From contig DASWHY010000275.1 in assembly GCA_036397955.1 (NCBI GenBank), positions 1 to 55,005 of the forward strand: a stretch of 55,005 nt of DNA, read 5' to 3'. Source of the DNA: Thermoanaerobaculia bacterium (lineage in GTDB: Bacteria; Acidobacteriota; Thermoanaerobaculia; Multivoradales; UBA5704). The notes below the pieces were generated by a model. That model searched no databases and was not told where the DNA came from. It saw nothing but the letters and a program-made list of their open reading frames with translations. Positions 26,101-35,455 of this stretch are shown piece by piece; position 1 is the first letter of the stretch; each line of letters begins with the position of its first letter. The position numbers and the translations under genes were made by a program.

Positions 26101-29100
26101 CCTCGGGGTCGACGGGCACGTAGACGCCGCCCGCCGCGTGGATCGCCATGAGCCCGGCCATCCGCTCCAGGGAACGCTCGGCGGCGAGCGCCACCCGCGT
26201 CTCGGGCTCCACGCCGAGGGCGGCGAGGCGGCGGGCGAGAAGCTCGGAGCGCCGGAGGAGCTCGCCGTAGGTCATCCGCGCGCCCTCGACGACGAGCGCC
26301 ACGGCCTCGGGTGCGGCTGCCGCCGTCGCGCGCACGAGCTCGTCGAGGGTCGCGTCCGCGCTGCGTCGGCGCTCGGTGTCGTTCCATTCGCGCAGGAGCT
26401 GGTGCCGCTCGGCCTCGCCGAGCCATGGCAGGGCGCCCACCTGGACGTCGGGGTCGGCGGCCAAAGCGCCGAGCAGGACCCGCCAGTGGCCGAGCAGACG
26501 CACCACGTCGGTGGCGGCGAAACGCCGGGCGTCGTAGGTGAGGGCGAGGGCGAGGCCGTCGCCGCCGGGGTTGGCGTTGACGAGCAGGGGATAGTTCGTC
26601 TCGAGCGCGGTCGCGACGTCGCGCAGCTCGAGGCGGACGCCGGGCGAGCCCTCGGGGGCGGGATAGTTCTCGAAGACCAGGACGCTCTCGAAGAGCGGCA
26701 GAGCGTCGCGGAGGCCGCTCTCCTTGCGAATCTCGGCCAGAGGGCACCATTCGTAGCGCCGCGCCTCGACCTGCGCCGCCTGGACCGTCTCGAGCCAGAC
26801 CGCCGCCGGGCGCGAGACCTCCACCCGGCAGCGCAGGGGCAAGGTGTTGGTGAAGACGCCGAGGACGGTCTCGACCCCCTCGATCTCCGGCGGCCGGCCG
26901 GCGACGCTCATGCCAAAGACGACGTCGTCGCCGCCGCCCGAGCGGGAGAGGACGAGGGCCCAGGTGCCCTGGACAGCGGTATTCAGGGTCAAGCCGCGGC
27001 GCCGCAGCGCCGCCGTGAGACGGGCGAGCGGCGCCGCGGGCAGGCGGATCTCCCGCACCGCCGACGCCCTGACCTCGGCCCCGGGCTCGCCGCGGTCGAA
27101 GCCGACCCGGTTGGGGGCCTCGAAACCCGCGAGGATCCGGCGCCAGGCGGCGCGGGCGGCGCCCTGGTCCCGGCGCGCGAGCCAGGCGATGAAGTCGCGG
27201 AAGGGGCGCGGCGTGGCGAGCCGGGGCGCGGCGCCGTCGAGACCGGCCTCGTAGGCGGCGAGGACCTCGCCGAGCAGAAGCGGCAGGGACCAGCCGTCCA
27301 GGATCAAGTGATGGTGGCTGAAAACGAAGACGTGCTCGCTCTCGCCGGTGCGGAAGAGCGACAGGCGCAGCAGGGGCCCGCGGTTGAAGGGCGCCACCCG
27401 CGCCGCTTCGCCGCGGAGATCCTCCGACAGCCGCCGCCGCCGCTCCGCGGCCGGCAGGTCGCGCCAGTCCTCCCGCCGGCAGGGCACCGCCACCCGCCGG
27501 CCCACGACCTGCACCGGTCGCTCCAGATCCTCCCAGACGAAGGCCGTGCGCAGGGCCGGATGCCGGTCCACCACTGCTTGCCAGGCAGCCTCGAAGACTT
27601 CCGGCCGCAGCTCCGGCACGGTCGCGGCGAAGGTGGTGACGTAAAGGTCCGACGTCTCGCCGTAGAGGCCGTGGAAGAGGAGCCCCTCCTGGAGCGGCGC
27701 CAGGGCGTAGACGTCCTCGATCTCCGCCGGAGCGCCGTCGCGGGTCTCGAAGCGCACGCCCTCCAGGGCTTTGCGGAGCTCTCCGGCCTCGAGCCGCGCC
27801 AGGGGAAAGTCCGAAGCCGTCCAGGCGGCGACGCGGCGGACCGCGGCCGCGGGCCGGGTGGCGTCGGCGAGCTCTTCCAGGGCGGCCTTGAAATCGGCCG
27901 CCAGGGCCTCTACCGTCCCGCGGCGGAGGAGGCGGGGGCTGTAGGCCCAGCCCATGCGCAGACGCCCGCCGCTCGTGCTGCCGAAGATGAAGACGAGGTG
28001 CCGGCGCTCGAGCTCCGGCGCGTTCCACGGGCCGGTGGGCTCAGGGGCGCCGCCGAAGAGCGCGTCGTCGCCGGCGGTCACCTGGTCGAGCTGGCCGAGG
28101 TAGTTGAAGCCCACCTCCGCCGCCGGCAGTCCGGCGAGCTCGGCGGCGACCTCGGGCCGCGGATCGAGATAGCGCAGCACGCCCCAGCCGATCCCCTTCG
28201 AGGGCACCGACCGCAACACCTCCTTGGTTGCCGCCAGGGCGCCGAGAGCGCCGCCGGAGGCCGGATCGAGGAGCAGGGGATAGACCGCGGTAAACCAGCC
28301 GACGGTGCGCGAGACGTCGAGCCCGGCGGCGGCGGTGACGACCTCCTCGCGGCCGTGCGCCTCGACGTCGACCAGGACCGGGCCGCCGGCGAAGCGGCCG
28401 AGGGCGCGGGCGGCGGCGGCGAGGAGGACCTCGTCGATCGTGGCCCGCAGCGTCGCCGGCGCCTCGTGGAGGAGCCGGCGGGTCGCCTCCTCGTCGAGCT
28501 CGACGCCGACGGTCTCGACCATGCCCTCGAGGTTCCTGCCCCGGGCGCGCTCGAAGTCCACCGGCAGGGGCACGGCGCGGCGGCGGGCCGCCGAGGCCCA
28601 GTACGCCCGCTCGGCGTCGAAACGGCCGCTCCAGGCGAGGGCGTCGAGGGTTTCGGCCCAGCGCTTGAAGCCGTCGGTGCGCGGCGGCAGAAGCGGCTCG
28701 ACGCCGGCTTCGAGGGAGCCGCAGGCCCGGCCCAGGTCCTCGATGAGGACGCGCCAGGAGAGACCGTCGACTACGAGGTGATGGAAGATCAGCAGGAGGC
28801 GTCCCTCGCCGCCGGTATCGAAATAGGCGACGCGAAAGAGGGGTCCGCGGACGAGGTCGAGGCTTTGCTGGAGGGCCGCGGCGGCGGCCTCGAGCACGCC
28901 GCGCCCGCGCTCCGGCGGCAAGCCGCTCAGGTCGAGGGCATGGCACGGCGGCGCCGTCTCGGGCGGGGCGTTCCATGCCCGCCAGCCGGTTGCCGCGCCG
29001 GCGGCGAAGCGTAGCCGTAAGGCGTCGTGGTGGCGCTCGAGGAGCGCCACGGCGCGGTAGAGGCGCCCCGGGGCGAGAGGCCGGCGCACGGCGAGCATCG

Positions 29101-32100
29101 CCGCCTGGTTCCAGTGCCCGGGCCGGGCGAAGCGATGCTCGAAGAACCAGGCCTGGATCGGCGTCAGGGGCAGCGGCCCCGAGACCGGCGCCTCGGGATC
29201 GGCCGACGCCGCTCCCGCCGCCACCGGGGCCACGGCCGCCGCCAGCTCGGCCACCGTGGGATGGAGGAAGACCTGGTCGAGCGAGCAATCGAGGCCTTCC
29301 TGGCGCGCCCGGGCGACGATCTGGATCGCCAGGATGGAGTCGCCGCCCAGGGCGAAGAAATTCGCCCCGCGGTCGACCGCCCCGACCTTGAGCACCTCGC
29401 GCCAGATCCGCGCCAGGAGCTCCTCGAGCTCGCCGCGAGGCCCTTCCTCGCGGCGCCGATCGGCCGACGCCGCGGCCTCCCCGCGCTCGGCCTCGGCAAG
29501 ACGCTCGAGGGCCTTGCGGTCGACCTTGCCGTTCGCGGTCAGGGGCATCGCCTCGAGGAGCAGCCAGCTCGCCGGCACCATGTAAGCCGGCACCTTGGCG
29601 CCCAGGTGCTCGGCGAGGGCCTCGCCGTCCACGGCGGCGCCGGGAGCCGGCACGGCGGCGGCCACGAGCCGCCGGCGGTGCCGATCCCCCACCGCCACCA
29701 CCGCCGCCGCGGCGACGCCGGGATGCTCGCCCAGAGCCGCCTCGATCTCGCCGAGCTCGACGCGATGACCCCGGATCTTGACCTGCTGGTCCTCGCGGCC
29801 GAGGAACTCGATCGTGCCGTCGCCGAGGTAACGCCCGAGGTCTCCGGTCTTGTAAAGGCGCTCGCCGTTCCGAGGATCGGGGACGAAGCTCGCGGCCGTG
29901 CGCGCCGGGTCGCGCCAATAACCCCTCGCCACCCCGACGCCGCCGATGAAGAGCTGGCCCGGTGCCCACTCGGGACGAGGCTCGAGGTCGCCGTCGAAGA
30001 CCTGGAAGCTCTGGCGGGTCATGGCCCGGCCGTAGGGAATCGACGGCCAGCTCGGGTCGACCTCGCCGATCTCGTAGGCGATCGACCAGATCGAAGCCTC
30101 CGTGGCTCCGCCGAGGCTGACGACGGAGAGGGCCGCCGCCGGCCGCGCAGAAACGGCGCGCAGGCGGTCCGGCAAGGCGACCGGGATCCAGTCGCCCGAG
30201 AGCATGACCAGGCGCACGCTCTCGGGCAGGACCGCGCCCATGGCCTCCAGGTGCTCGACCATCATCAGGAGGAGGGCCGGCACCGAGCTCCAGATCGTCA
30301 CGCCGTGGCGCGCGGCGAGCGCGAGCCACTCGTCGGGCCGCCGGGCCGCGCCGGGCTCCGGGATCACCACCGCGGCCCCCGCCGCGAGGACGCCGAAGAG
30401 GTCGTAGACCGAGAGGTCGAAGGAGAGGGAGGAGAGGGCGAGGACGCGGTCCTCGGGGCCGACGGCGAAACGCCGGTTGACGTCGAGGACCGTGTTGACC
30501 GCTCCGCGATGATCGATCATCACCCCCTTGGGGGCGCCGGTGGATCCGGAGGTGAAGATGACGTAGGCGAGGTCCTCCGGCGTGGCCGCGGGAGGCCCTT
30601 CCTCAGCTGGGGCCCCGGGGGGCTCCTCCGCCGAGACCGCGAGCCAGGCGACCGCGGAGCCGGCCGCGGCCGCCTCCAGCTCGGCGCGAAGCGACGGGAG
30701 AGTGAGGGCGGTCGCCACCTGGCCGCGCGCGAGGAGGTGAGCCACGCGCTCCGGCGGCAGGGCGGGATCGATCGGCAGATAGGCGGCGCCGGCCTCGAGG
30801 ACGCCGAGGACCGCGACCACCTGCTCCCACCCCTTCTCCATCACCACCGCCACCAGGGTGTCAGGCCGCGCGCCGCGGCGGCGAAGCTCCGCCGCGAGCC
30901 GGAGCGCGCGGGCACGGAGCTCGCCGTGGCTGAGCCGGCGCCCAGCCGCGTAAACCGCCGGCGCCTCCGGATCCCGGCGGGCGGCGGCGAAGACCCGCCG
31001 GTGGAGAAGCCCCGTGGGCGCCCCCTCCGCCGCCTCGGGCTCGCGGCGCCGGGCGAGCTGCGCCGCCGGCAGACGGAGGAGGAGGCCGGTCCAGGTCTCG
31101 GCCTCGGCGAGCCGCTCCAGGAGATCGCGGTAGGCGGCGAAGAGGTCGTCGAGCAGGCCGGAGGGGAAGAGCTCCTCGACCGCGTCCCAGTTGTAGACCA
31201 GCTCCCCCCGGCTCTCGCTCACCTGGTGATCGATCCACACCTGGGGCGTCTGGCTGATGCTGTAAACGTGCTCCGCCTCGGGCAAGGCGCCGCCCGCCTC
31301 GCCACCGCCCTCGGGAAGACCGAGAAGGCTGGTGAAAACCACCGGCACGGCCGGCCCGCGGCCCTCTCCGCCGGAGCGCTGGGCGAGCTCCCGCAAGACC
31401 CGCACCCCGCTCACGTAACGATGGTCGAGGTCGGCCAGGAGCCGCGCCTGCAGCGCCCGCGCCCGCTCCGCGAAGGATGTCGGGCGGCGGTGGTCGACCT
31501 CGAGCAGCGTCAGGGAAGTGAAATCCCCCACCAGGGCGTCGACCTGGGCATGGAAGGGCAAGCGGCGGAAGAGCGTCAGGGTGAGGAGGAAATGGGGCCT
31601 GGCGCTCCACCGCGCCAGGGTCTCGGCGAAAGCGCCGAGGAGGAGGACCGAAGGCGTGACGCCGGCGGTGGCGGCGCGCTCCTTGAGGCGTGTCCAACGC
31701 CCGGCGTCGAGGCGGGCGCCGCGGCGCGTGAAGCGCGGCAGCCCGAGGCTCGCGGGATCGCGCGCCAGGGGCAGCTCGGGGCCTCCGGGGAGCCCCGGCA
31801 GACGCGCGCGCCAGTACTCGAGGGAGCGCCGGTAGAGCGGCTCCTCCCGCAGCGCCTCCTCCGCCAGCACGTAATCGCGGAAGGAGACCCCGAGAGGCTC
31901 CAAGGAGGTCTCGGGATCGGCGTAGAGAAGCAGCCACTCGCGGCGGAGCACCTCGACGGTCCAGGCGTCGCCGACTAGGAAGTCGAAGCCGAGGTGGAGG
32001 CGGAGGCGGCCGCCCGGCAGACGCGAGGCGCGGACGTCGAAGAGCGGCCAGCGGTCCGCCGGCAAGATCTGATGGGACATCTCGTGCCGCCGCGCCGCGA

Positions 32101-35100
32101 GGGCCTCCTCGGCTTCCGCGGCGGCGGCCCGCGAGAGATCGAGGAGTGCGAAGCGGTAGGGCTCGACGCGCTCCAGGATCCGCTGGCGGCCGTCGGGATC
32201 GATCACCGCGCGTAGCATCTCGTGGCGCTCGACGAGGCGGACGAAGGCGTCGTTCAGACGCTCGAGATCGAGACCGCGGACGTCGATCTCGGTGTAGAAG
32301 TAGGTGGCGACGTTGCCGATCTCGAAGGAGCCGCCGCGGCCGATCCAATAGGCCTGCTGGACGTCGGTCAGCGGGAACGGCTCGTGGCGCCGGGCGGGAT
32401 CGGCGACGAGCTCGGGAAGGGCCGGGCGCGCGCCGCCGCCTGCGGCGAGGCGGGCGTCGATCGTCGCGGCGAGGCGGGCGACGGTCGCGTCGGCGAAGAG
32501 CTCGCGCACGGCGACCTCCACCCCGAGCTCCGCCTCGAGCCGCGCCGTCACTCGGGTCGCCAGGAGCGAATGCCCGCCGAGCTCGAGGAAGGGATCGTGC
32601 GCTCCCACCTCGGCGATGCCCAGGGCCTCGCCCCAGATCCGGGCGATCCGCCGCTCGGTGGCGCTCCGCGGCGCCTCGTAGGCGACGCCCAGGGCCGGGC
32701 GGTGGTGCCCCGCCGCGGGCGCCGGCGTCTCCTCCTCCGCGATCCGGCGCGCCGCGGGCGCCGCCGTGCCGGCGCCCGGCCGCTCGATCCAGAAACGCCG
32801 GCGCTCGAAAGGATAGGTCGGCAGCGCGACCCTCCGGCGCTTCTCGCCCGCGAAGAAGCGCCGCCACGAGGGCTCGATCCCCACCAGCCACAGCCGGCCC
32901 AGGGTGGCGAGCAGATGGGCGTGCTCGTCTCCGGCGACGCCGCGCGCCACGTCCGCCGGAGGCCGTCCGGCGGACAGCGCCACCGTGTCCCGGGGCTTCT
33001 CGGGATGGGCCTGGGCCAGGGTGGTCAGAGCCCGCCCCGGACCGAGCTCGAGGAGCACCCGCCGGCGGTCGGTGAAAAGCTCCGTCAGGCCGTCGCCGAA
33101 GCGCACGGGCTGGCGGAGCTGGCGCGCCCAGTAGCCCGGATCGGTGGCCTCGGCGGCGGTGATCCAGGTGCCGGTGACGTTCGACAGGAAGGCGAAGCGC
33201 GGGGCCGCGAGGCCGCGCCCGGCCACCGCGCGCTCGAAGGGGGCCACGGCCGGGCCCATGAGCGTCGAGTGGAAGGCATGGGAGGTGTGGAGGCGGCGGT
33301 GCTCCACGCCGCGCCCGGCGAACAGGACGGCACAGGCGTCGATCTCCTCGGCGGACCCGGCCAGGACCGTCATCCGCGGACCGTTCACCGCCGCGACGGA
33401 AACCCCGCGCGGCAGCTCCGGCAGGAGCTCGGCCGCCGGCGCCGCCACCGAGAGCATCGCCCCTGGAGGCTGCTCGCCCATGAGGCGTCCACGCTCCGCC
33501 ACCAGGGCGAGAGCGTCGTCGAGCTCGAAGACGCCGGCCATCGCCGCCGCCGCCAGCTCGCCGATCGAATGGCCCAGCATCGCTTCGGGCGCGAGCCCCC
33601 ACGACGTCAGCAACCGGGCGGCGGCCCACCCGTGGACGAAGAGCGCCGGCTGAGCGAGATCGGTACGGCGCAGGAGCGCCGCCGCCTCCTCGTCCGCCGG
33701 GTCGCCGCAGAGGAGCTCCCGCAGGTCGCGGCCGAGGGCCTCGCGGAGCTTTTCTGCCGCCTCGTCGACCTCGCGGCGAAAGACCGGCTCGGCGTCGTAG
33801 AGGTCACGGCTCATACCGGGATGCTGGCTGCCCTGACCGGGGAAGAGAAAAACCAGGGGGCGCTCGCTCGGCTCCTCGAAATGCTCGAGGAGGCGCTCGG
33901 GATCGCGCTCGGCGAGGATCCGGGCGGCGCCGGCCCGGCTGCCCGCCACGAGCGCCCGTCGGTGGGGGAAACGCCGCCGGCCAAGAGCCAGGGTATAGGC
34001 GGCGTCGGCGAGGGGGACGTCGCTGCCGCCGAGGTGAGCGGCGAGGGCGTCGGTGGCACGGTCGAGAGCCTCCGGACCGGCCGCCGCCAGCAGCAGGAGC
34101 TGGCGCGGACGCGCCGGCGCCGTCGGCGGCGGCGCCGGGGCCTGCTCGAGGATCACGTGGGCGTTGGTGCCGCCGATGCCGAAGGAGCTCACCCCGGCCC
34201 GGCGCGGAGCGCCGTTGCCGGCCCAGGGCTCGAGCGAGGTGGCCACCCGGAAGGGCGAGCTCTCGATCTCGAGGTGCGGATTGGGCGCCTCGAAGTGCAA
34301 GCTCGGCGGAATCTCGCCGTGCTCGAGAGCGAGGACCGTCTTGATCAACCCCGCCATGCCGGCGGCGGTGTCGAGATGGCCGACGTTGGTCTTGACCGAG
34401 CCGAGAGCGCAGGCCCCCGGCCGCGGCGCGCCCCCCTGGGCGGCGTCGCGGAACGCGCGGCTCAAGGCCGCGACCTCGATCGGATCGCCCAGGGGCGTGG
34501 CCGTGCCGTGAGCCTCGACGTAGCCGATCGTCCGCGGGTCGACCCGGGCGGCGGCCAGGGCGGCGCGGATCACCCGCTCCTGGCCCTCGAGCCGCGGCGC
34601 GGTGAAGCCCACCTTGCCGGCGCCGTCGTTGTTGATCGCCGTGCCGAGGATGACCGCCCGCACGGCGTCGCCGTCCGCCAGGGCGTCCTCCAAGCGCTTG
34701 AGCACCACGGCGCCGACGCCGCTGCCGAAGATCGTCCCTCCTGCCCCGGCGTCGAAGGCGCGGCAATGCCCGTCGGGGGAGAGGATGCCGTCCTTCTGAT
34801 AGCGATAGCCCGGCACCGGCGAGAGATCGAGGGCGACGGCGCCTGCCAGGGCGAGGTCGCAGTCGCCGTCGATCAACCCCTGGCAGGCCAGGTGGAGGGC
34901 CACGAGGGAGGTCGAGCACGCCGTCTGGACGCCCACCGCCGGGCCCTCGAGATCGAGCTTGTAGGAGGTCTTGGTGGCGAGGTAGTCCTTGTCGTTGCCG
35001 AGGACCACTCCCAGGCCGCCCGCGGCGGCGGCGACGTCAGGCCGCGACGCCAGGTGATAGAGGAGGTAATGGCTGAGGCTGGCGCCGGCGTAGACCCCCA

Positions 35101-35455
35101 CCGCGCCGCCCTTCTCGCCGCCGTAGCCGGCGTTGTCGAGGGCCGCGAAGGCGCACTCGAGGAAGAGGCGCTGCTGCGGATCCATGATCTCCGCCTCGCG
35201 CGGGTTGACGCCGAAGACCTCGGCGTCGAAACAGTCGACGTCGGCGAGCTCCGGCTTGGCGGGCACCCAGGCGGGATCGGCGAGCAGCGCCTCGCCGGCT
35301 CCGAGCGCGCGCAGCTCCGCGGGGGAGAAGAGCCGCACCGACTCGACCGCCGCGCTCAGGTTGCGCCAGAAGGCGTCGAGGTCGCGGGCGCCGGGGAAGC
35401 GCCCCGCGAGACCGATGACGGCGACCTCCAGCCCGCTTGGCGTGCGCGCGCTCAT
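23180..35455 (-). CDS. hybrid PKS-NRPS, modules 5-7: KS-AT-T-Cy-A(Cys)-T-E-C(DCL-type)-A-T-E, 4091 aa
   Basis: ATG 35455 overlaps the upstream stop (ATGA).
- KS: TACSTSLVALHLAC (~34901-34930), EAHGTATPLGDPIE, TNVGHLD.
- AT: FPGQGSQ (~33812-33858), GHSIGE (~33558-33575), HAFHS.
- Carrier: FLELGGHSLLATRV (~32553-32600).
- Cy: FPLTDVQQAYWIGR (~32345-32383), DFLVGD (~31961-31990).
- A: FDLSVYD, SLGGATEASIWS.
- T: GGDSILAIQ (~29300-29370).
- E: HHLVVDGLSWRVLIEDL (~28741-28790).
- C: IEDVYALAPLQEGLLFH (~27661-27725), SHHHLILDGW.
- A: FDVSIWE, NLYGPTEAAIDVT.
- T: GGDSILSIRV (~24730-24780).
- E: HHLAVDGVSWRILVEDL (~24150-24205). Confidence 0.95.
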   Translation of the reverse strand: MSARTPSGLEVAVIGLAGRFPGARDLDAFWRNLSAAVESVRLFSPAELRALGAGEALLADPAWVPAKPELADVDCFDAEVFGVNPREAEIMDPQQRLFLECAFAALDNAGYGGEKGGAVGVYAGASLSHYLLYHLASRPDVAAAAGGLGVVLGNDKDYLATKTSYKLDLEGPAVGVQTACSTSLVALHLACQGLIDGDCDLALAGAVALDLSPVPGYRYQKDGILSPDGHCRAFDAGAGGTIFGSGVGAVVLKRLEDALADGDAVRAVILGTAINNDGAGKVGFTAPRLEGQERVIRAALAAARVDPRTIGYVEAHGTATPLGDPIEVAALSRAFRDAAQGGAPRPGACALGSVKTNVGHLDTAAGMAGLIKTVLALEHGEIPPSLHFEAPNPHLEIESSPFRVATSLEPWAGNGAPRRAGVSSFGIGGTNAHVILEQAPAPPPTAPARPRQLLLLAAAGPEALDRATDALAAHLGGSDVPLADAAYTLALGRRRFPHRRALVAGSRAGAARILAERDPERLLEHFEEPSERPLVFLFPGQGSQHPGMSRDLYDAEPVFRREVDEAAEKLREALGRDLRELLCGDPADEEAAALLRRTDLAQPALFVHGWAAARLLTSWGLAPEAMLGHSIGELAAAAMAGVFELDDALALVAERGRLMGEQPPGAMLSVAAPAAELLPELPRGVSVAAVNGPRMTVLAGSAEEIDACAVLFAGRGVEHRRLHTSHAFHSTLMGPAVAPFERAVAGRGLAAPRFAFLSNVTGTWITAAEATDPGYWARQLRQPVRFGDGLTELFTDRRRVLLELGPGRALTTLAQAHPEKPRDTVALSAGRPPADVARGVAGDEHAHLLATLGRLWLVGIEPSWRRFFAGEKRRRVALPTYPFERRRFWIERPGAGTAAPAARRIAEEETPAPAAGHHRPALGVAYEAPRSATERRIARIWGEALGIAEVGAHDPFLELGGHSLLATRVTARLEAELGVEVAVRELFADATVARLAATIDARLAAGGGARPALPELVADPARRHEPFPLTDVQQAYWIGRGGSFEIGNVATYFYTEIDVRGLDLERLNDAFVRLVERHEMLRAVIDPDGRQRILERVEPYRFALLDLSRAAAAEAEEALAARRHEMSHQILPADRWPLFDVRASRLPGGRLRLHLGFDFLVGDAWTVEVLRREWLLLYADPETSLEPLGVSFRDYVLAEEALREEPLYRRSLEYWRARLPGLPGGPELPLARDPASLGLPRFTRRGARLDAGRWTRLKERAATAGVTPSVLLLGAFAETLARWSARPHFLLTLTLFRRLPFHAQVDALVGDFTSLTLLEVDHRRPTSFAERARALQARLLADLDHRYVSGVRVLRELAQRSGGEGRGPAVPVVFTSLLGLPEGGGEAGGALPEAEHVYSISQTPQVWIDHQVSESRGELVYNWDAVEELFPSGLLDDLFAAYRDLLERLAEAETWTGLLLRLPAAQLARRREPEAAEGAPTGLLHRRVFAAARRDPEAPAVYAAGRRLSHGELRARALRLAAELRRRGARPDTLVAVVMEKGWEQVVAVLGVLEAGAAYLPIDPALPPERVAHLLARGQVATALTLPSLRAELEAAAAGSAVAWLAVSAEEPPGAPAEEGPPAATPEDLAYVIFTSGSTGAPKGVMIDHRGAVNTVLDVNRRFAVGPEDRVLALSSLSFDLSVYDLFGVLAAGAAVVIPEPGAARRPDEWLALAARHGVTIWSSVPALLLMMVEHLEAMGAVLPESVRLVMLSGDWIPVALPDRLRAVSARPAAALSVVSLGGATEASIWSIAYEIGEVDPSWPSIPYGRAMTRQSFQVFDGDLEPRPEWAPGQLFIGGVGVARGYWRDPARTAASFVPDPRNGERLYKTGDLGRYLGDGTIEFLGREDQQVKIRGHRVELGEIEAALGEHPGVAAAAVVAVGDRHRRRLVAAAVPAPGAAVDGEALAEHLGAKVPAYMVPASWLLLEAMPLTANGKVDRKALERLAEAERGEAAASADRRREEGPRGELEELLARIWREVLKVGAVDRGANFFALGGDSILAIQIVARARQEGLDCSLDQVFLHPTVAELAAAVAPVAAGAASADPEAPVSGPLPLTPIQAWFFEHRFARPGHWNQAAMLAVRRPLAPGRLYRAVALLERHHDALRLRFAAGAATGWRAWNAPPETAPPCHALDLSGLPPERGRGVLEAAAAALQQSLDLVRGPLFRVAYFDTGGEGRLLLIFHHLVVDGLSWRVLIEDLGRACGSLEAGVEPLLPPRTDGFKRWAETLDALAWSGRFDAERAYWASAARRRAVPLPVDFERARGRNLEGMVETVGVELDEEATRRLLHEAPATLRATIDEVLLAAAARALGRFAGGPVLVDVEAHGREEVVTAAAGLDVSRTVGWFTAVYPLLLDPASGGALGALAATKEVLRSVPSKGIGWGVLRYLDPRPEVAAELAGLPAAEVGFNYLGQLDQVTAGDDALFGGAPEPTGPWNAPELERRHLVFIFGSTSGGRLRMGWAYSPRLLRRGTVEALAADFKAALEELADATRPAAAVRRVAAWTASDFPLARLEAGELRKALEGVRFETRDGAPAEIEDVYALAPLQEGLLFHGLYGETSDLYVTTFAATVPELRPEVFEAAWQAVVDRHPALRTAFVWEDLERPVQVVGRRVAVPCRREDWRDLPAAERRRRLSEDLRGEAARVAPFNRGPLLRLSLFRTGESEHVFVFSHHHLILDGWSLPLLLGEVLAAYEAGLDGAAPRLATPRPFRDFIAWLARRDQGAARAAWRRILAGFEAPNRVGFDRGEPGAEVRASAVREIRLPAAPLARLTAALRRRGLTLNTAVQGTWALVLSRSGGGDDVVFGMSVAGRPPEIEGVETVLGVFTNTLPLRCRVEVSRPAAVWLETVQAAQVEARRYEWCPLAEIRKESGLRDALPLFESVLVFENYPAPEGSPGVRLELRDVATALETNYPLLVNANPGGDGLALALTYDARRFAATDVVRLLGHWRVLLGALAADPDVQVGALPWLGEAERHQLLREWNDTERRRSADATLDELVRATAAAAPEAVALVVEGARMTYGELLRRSELLARRLAALGVEPETRVALAAERSLERMAGLMAIHAAGGVYVPVDPEDPRRRLELVLEDSGAAVLLARAGLAERLADVGIPVLRLDAEGRAPERPPRRAAPANAAYVIYTSGSTGRPKGVAVSHRAIVSRLRAMVDAFALGAGDVFLQKTPHSFDVSIWELFLPLAVGARSVIARPGGHREPDYLARRIVEERVSVVHFVPSLLRVFVEEDAASRCVSLRHVIASGEALPRELVRRFSGRLAAPLVNLYGPTEAAIDVTAWRCSPGEAVPIGRPEANVAVYLVDRRFRVAPIGVPAELLIGGVQVARGYLGRSGLTAERFVPDPWGADPGARLYRTGDLTRRRGDGAIEFLGRIDHQVKVRGLRIELGEIEAVLLEHPGVRETAVIAHADGETTRLVAYWAAAGDPPPAADELRAHLVARLPDHMVPAAFAALDALPLNASGKVDRSDLARRALPIPERRGAAAPRTHAEAVLAEVWAEVLRLGEVGIDEDFFRLGGDSILSIRVVTRALRRGLRVTPQQIFERRTVAAVAAAAEPAGGTAAEQGPVVGAVPLLPVQRRFLAADPADAHHFNQALALAVTRRLDPGVLEQALAALLAHHDALRLRFARDEDGWRQWSVPPGGAVPFAVVDLRVLPAERRAEARAAAAGRCQASLDLGEGPLARLLLYPGGEAEDDRLLWIVHHLAVDGVSWRILVEDLELSYLQLERSGRLDLPPKTTSFKAWAELLAARARSPESAEAAALWRRSLGDAPRPLPLDEADAAPLAATAATLWRELDAETTAALLTQAPRAYGTEVNDALLAAFALALGRFTGETAFWVELEGHGREEGAADGATAVDLSRTVGWLTTLFPLRLEVDAGGVGGTLRATKERLRRLPERGLTWGLLELREEGPPVARRPEIVFNYLGRLDRAFPEGSIFRPAGEGVGALAGPRQARAHLLEVNGGVRDGRLGLAFTYAAALRRERVGRLADAYVDALRELVAHCHAEGAGGYTPSDFPLMDFDQAELDDLAGDLAGSLEGGP
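27790..29190 (-). other. epimerisation (E) domain following the Cy-A(Cys)-T module 6
   Basis: The preceding T has GGDSILAIQ (the E-partner type). E motifs: LPLTPIQAWFFEH, HHLVVDGLSWRVLIEDL (~28741-28790). It is followed by the DCL-type C (IEDVYALAPLQEGLLFH). Confidence 0.8.
31080..32390 (-). other. heterocyclisation (Cy) domain, module 6, directly after the KS-AT-T module
   Basis: Motifs: FPLTDVQQAYWIGRGG (~32345-32383) and DFLVGD (~31961-31990). Confidence 0.85.
33000..33860 (-). other. AT domain, module 5 (canonical GQGSQ, GHSIG, HAFHS: malonyl-type)
   Basis: Motifs: FLFPGQGSQHPGM, GHSIGELAAAAMAG, HTSHAFHS. Confidence 0.8.
34140..35430 (-). other. KS domain, module 5
   Basis: The domain runs from VAVIGLAGRFPGARDLDAFWRNL to GGTNAHVILEQAP (~34141-34190). 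TACSTS is at ~34901-34930. Confidence 0.85.
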
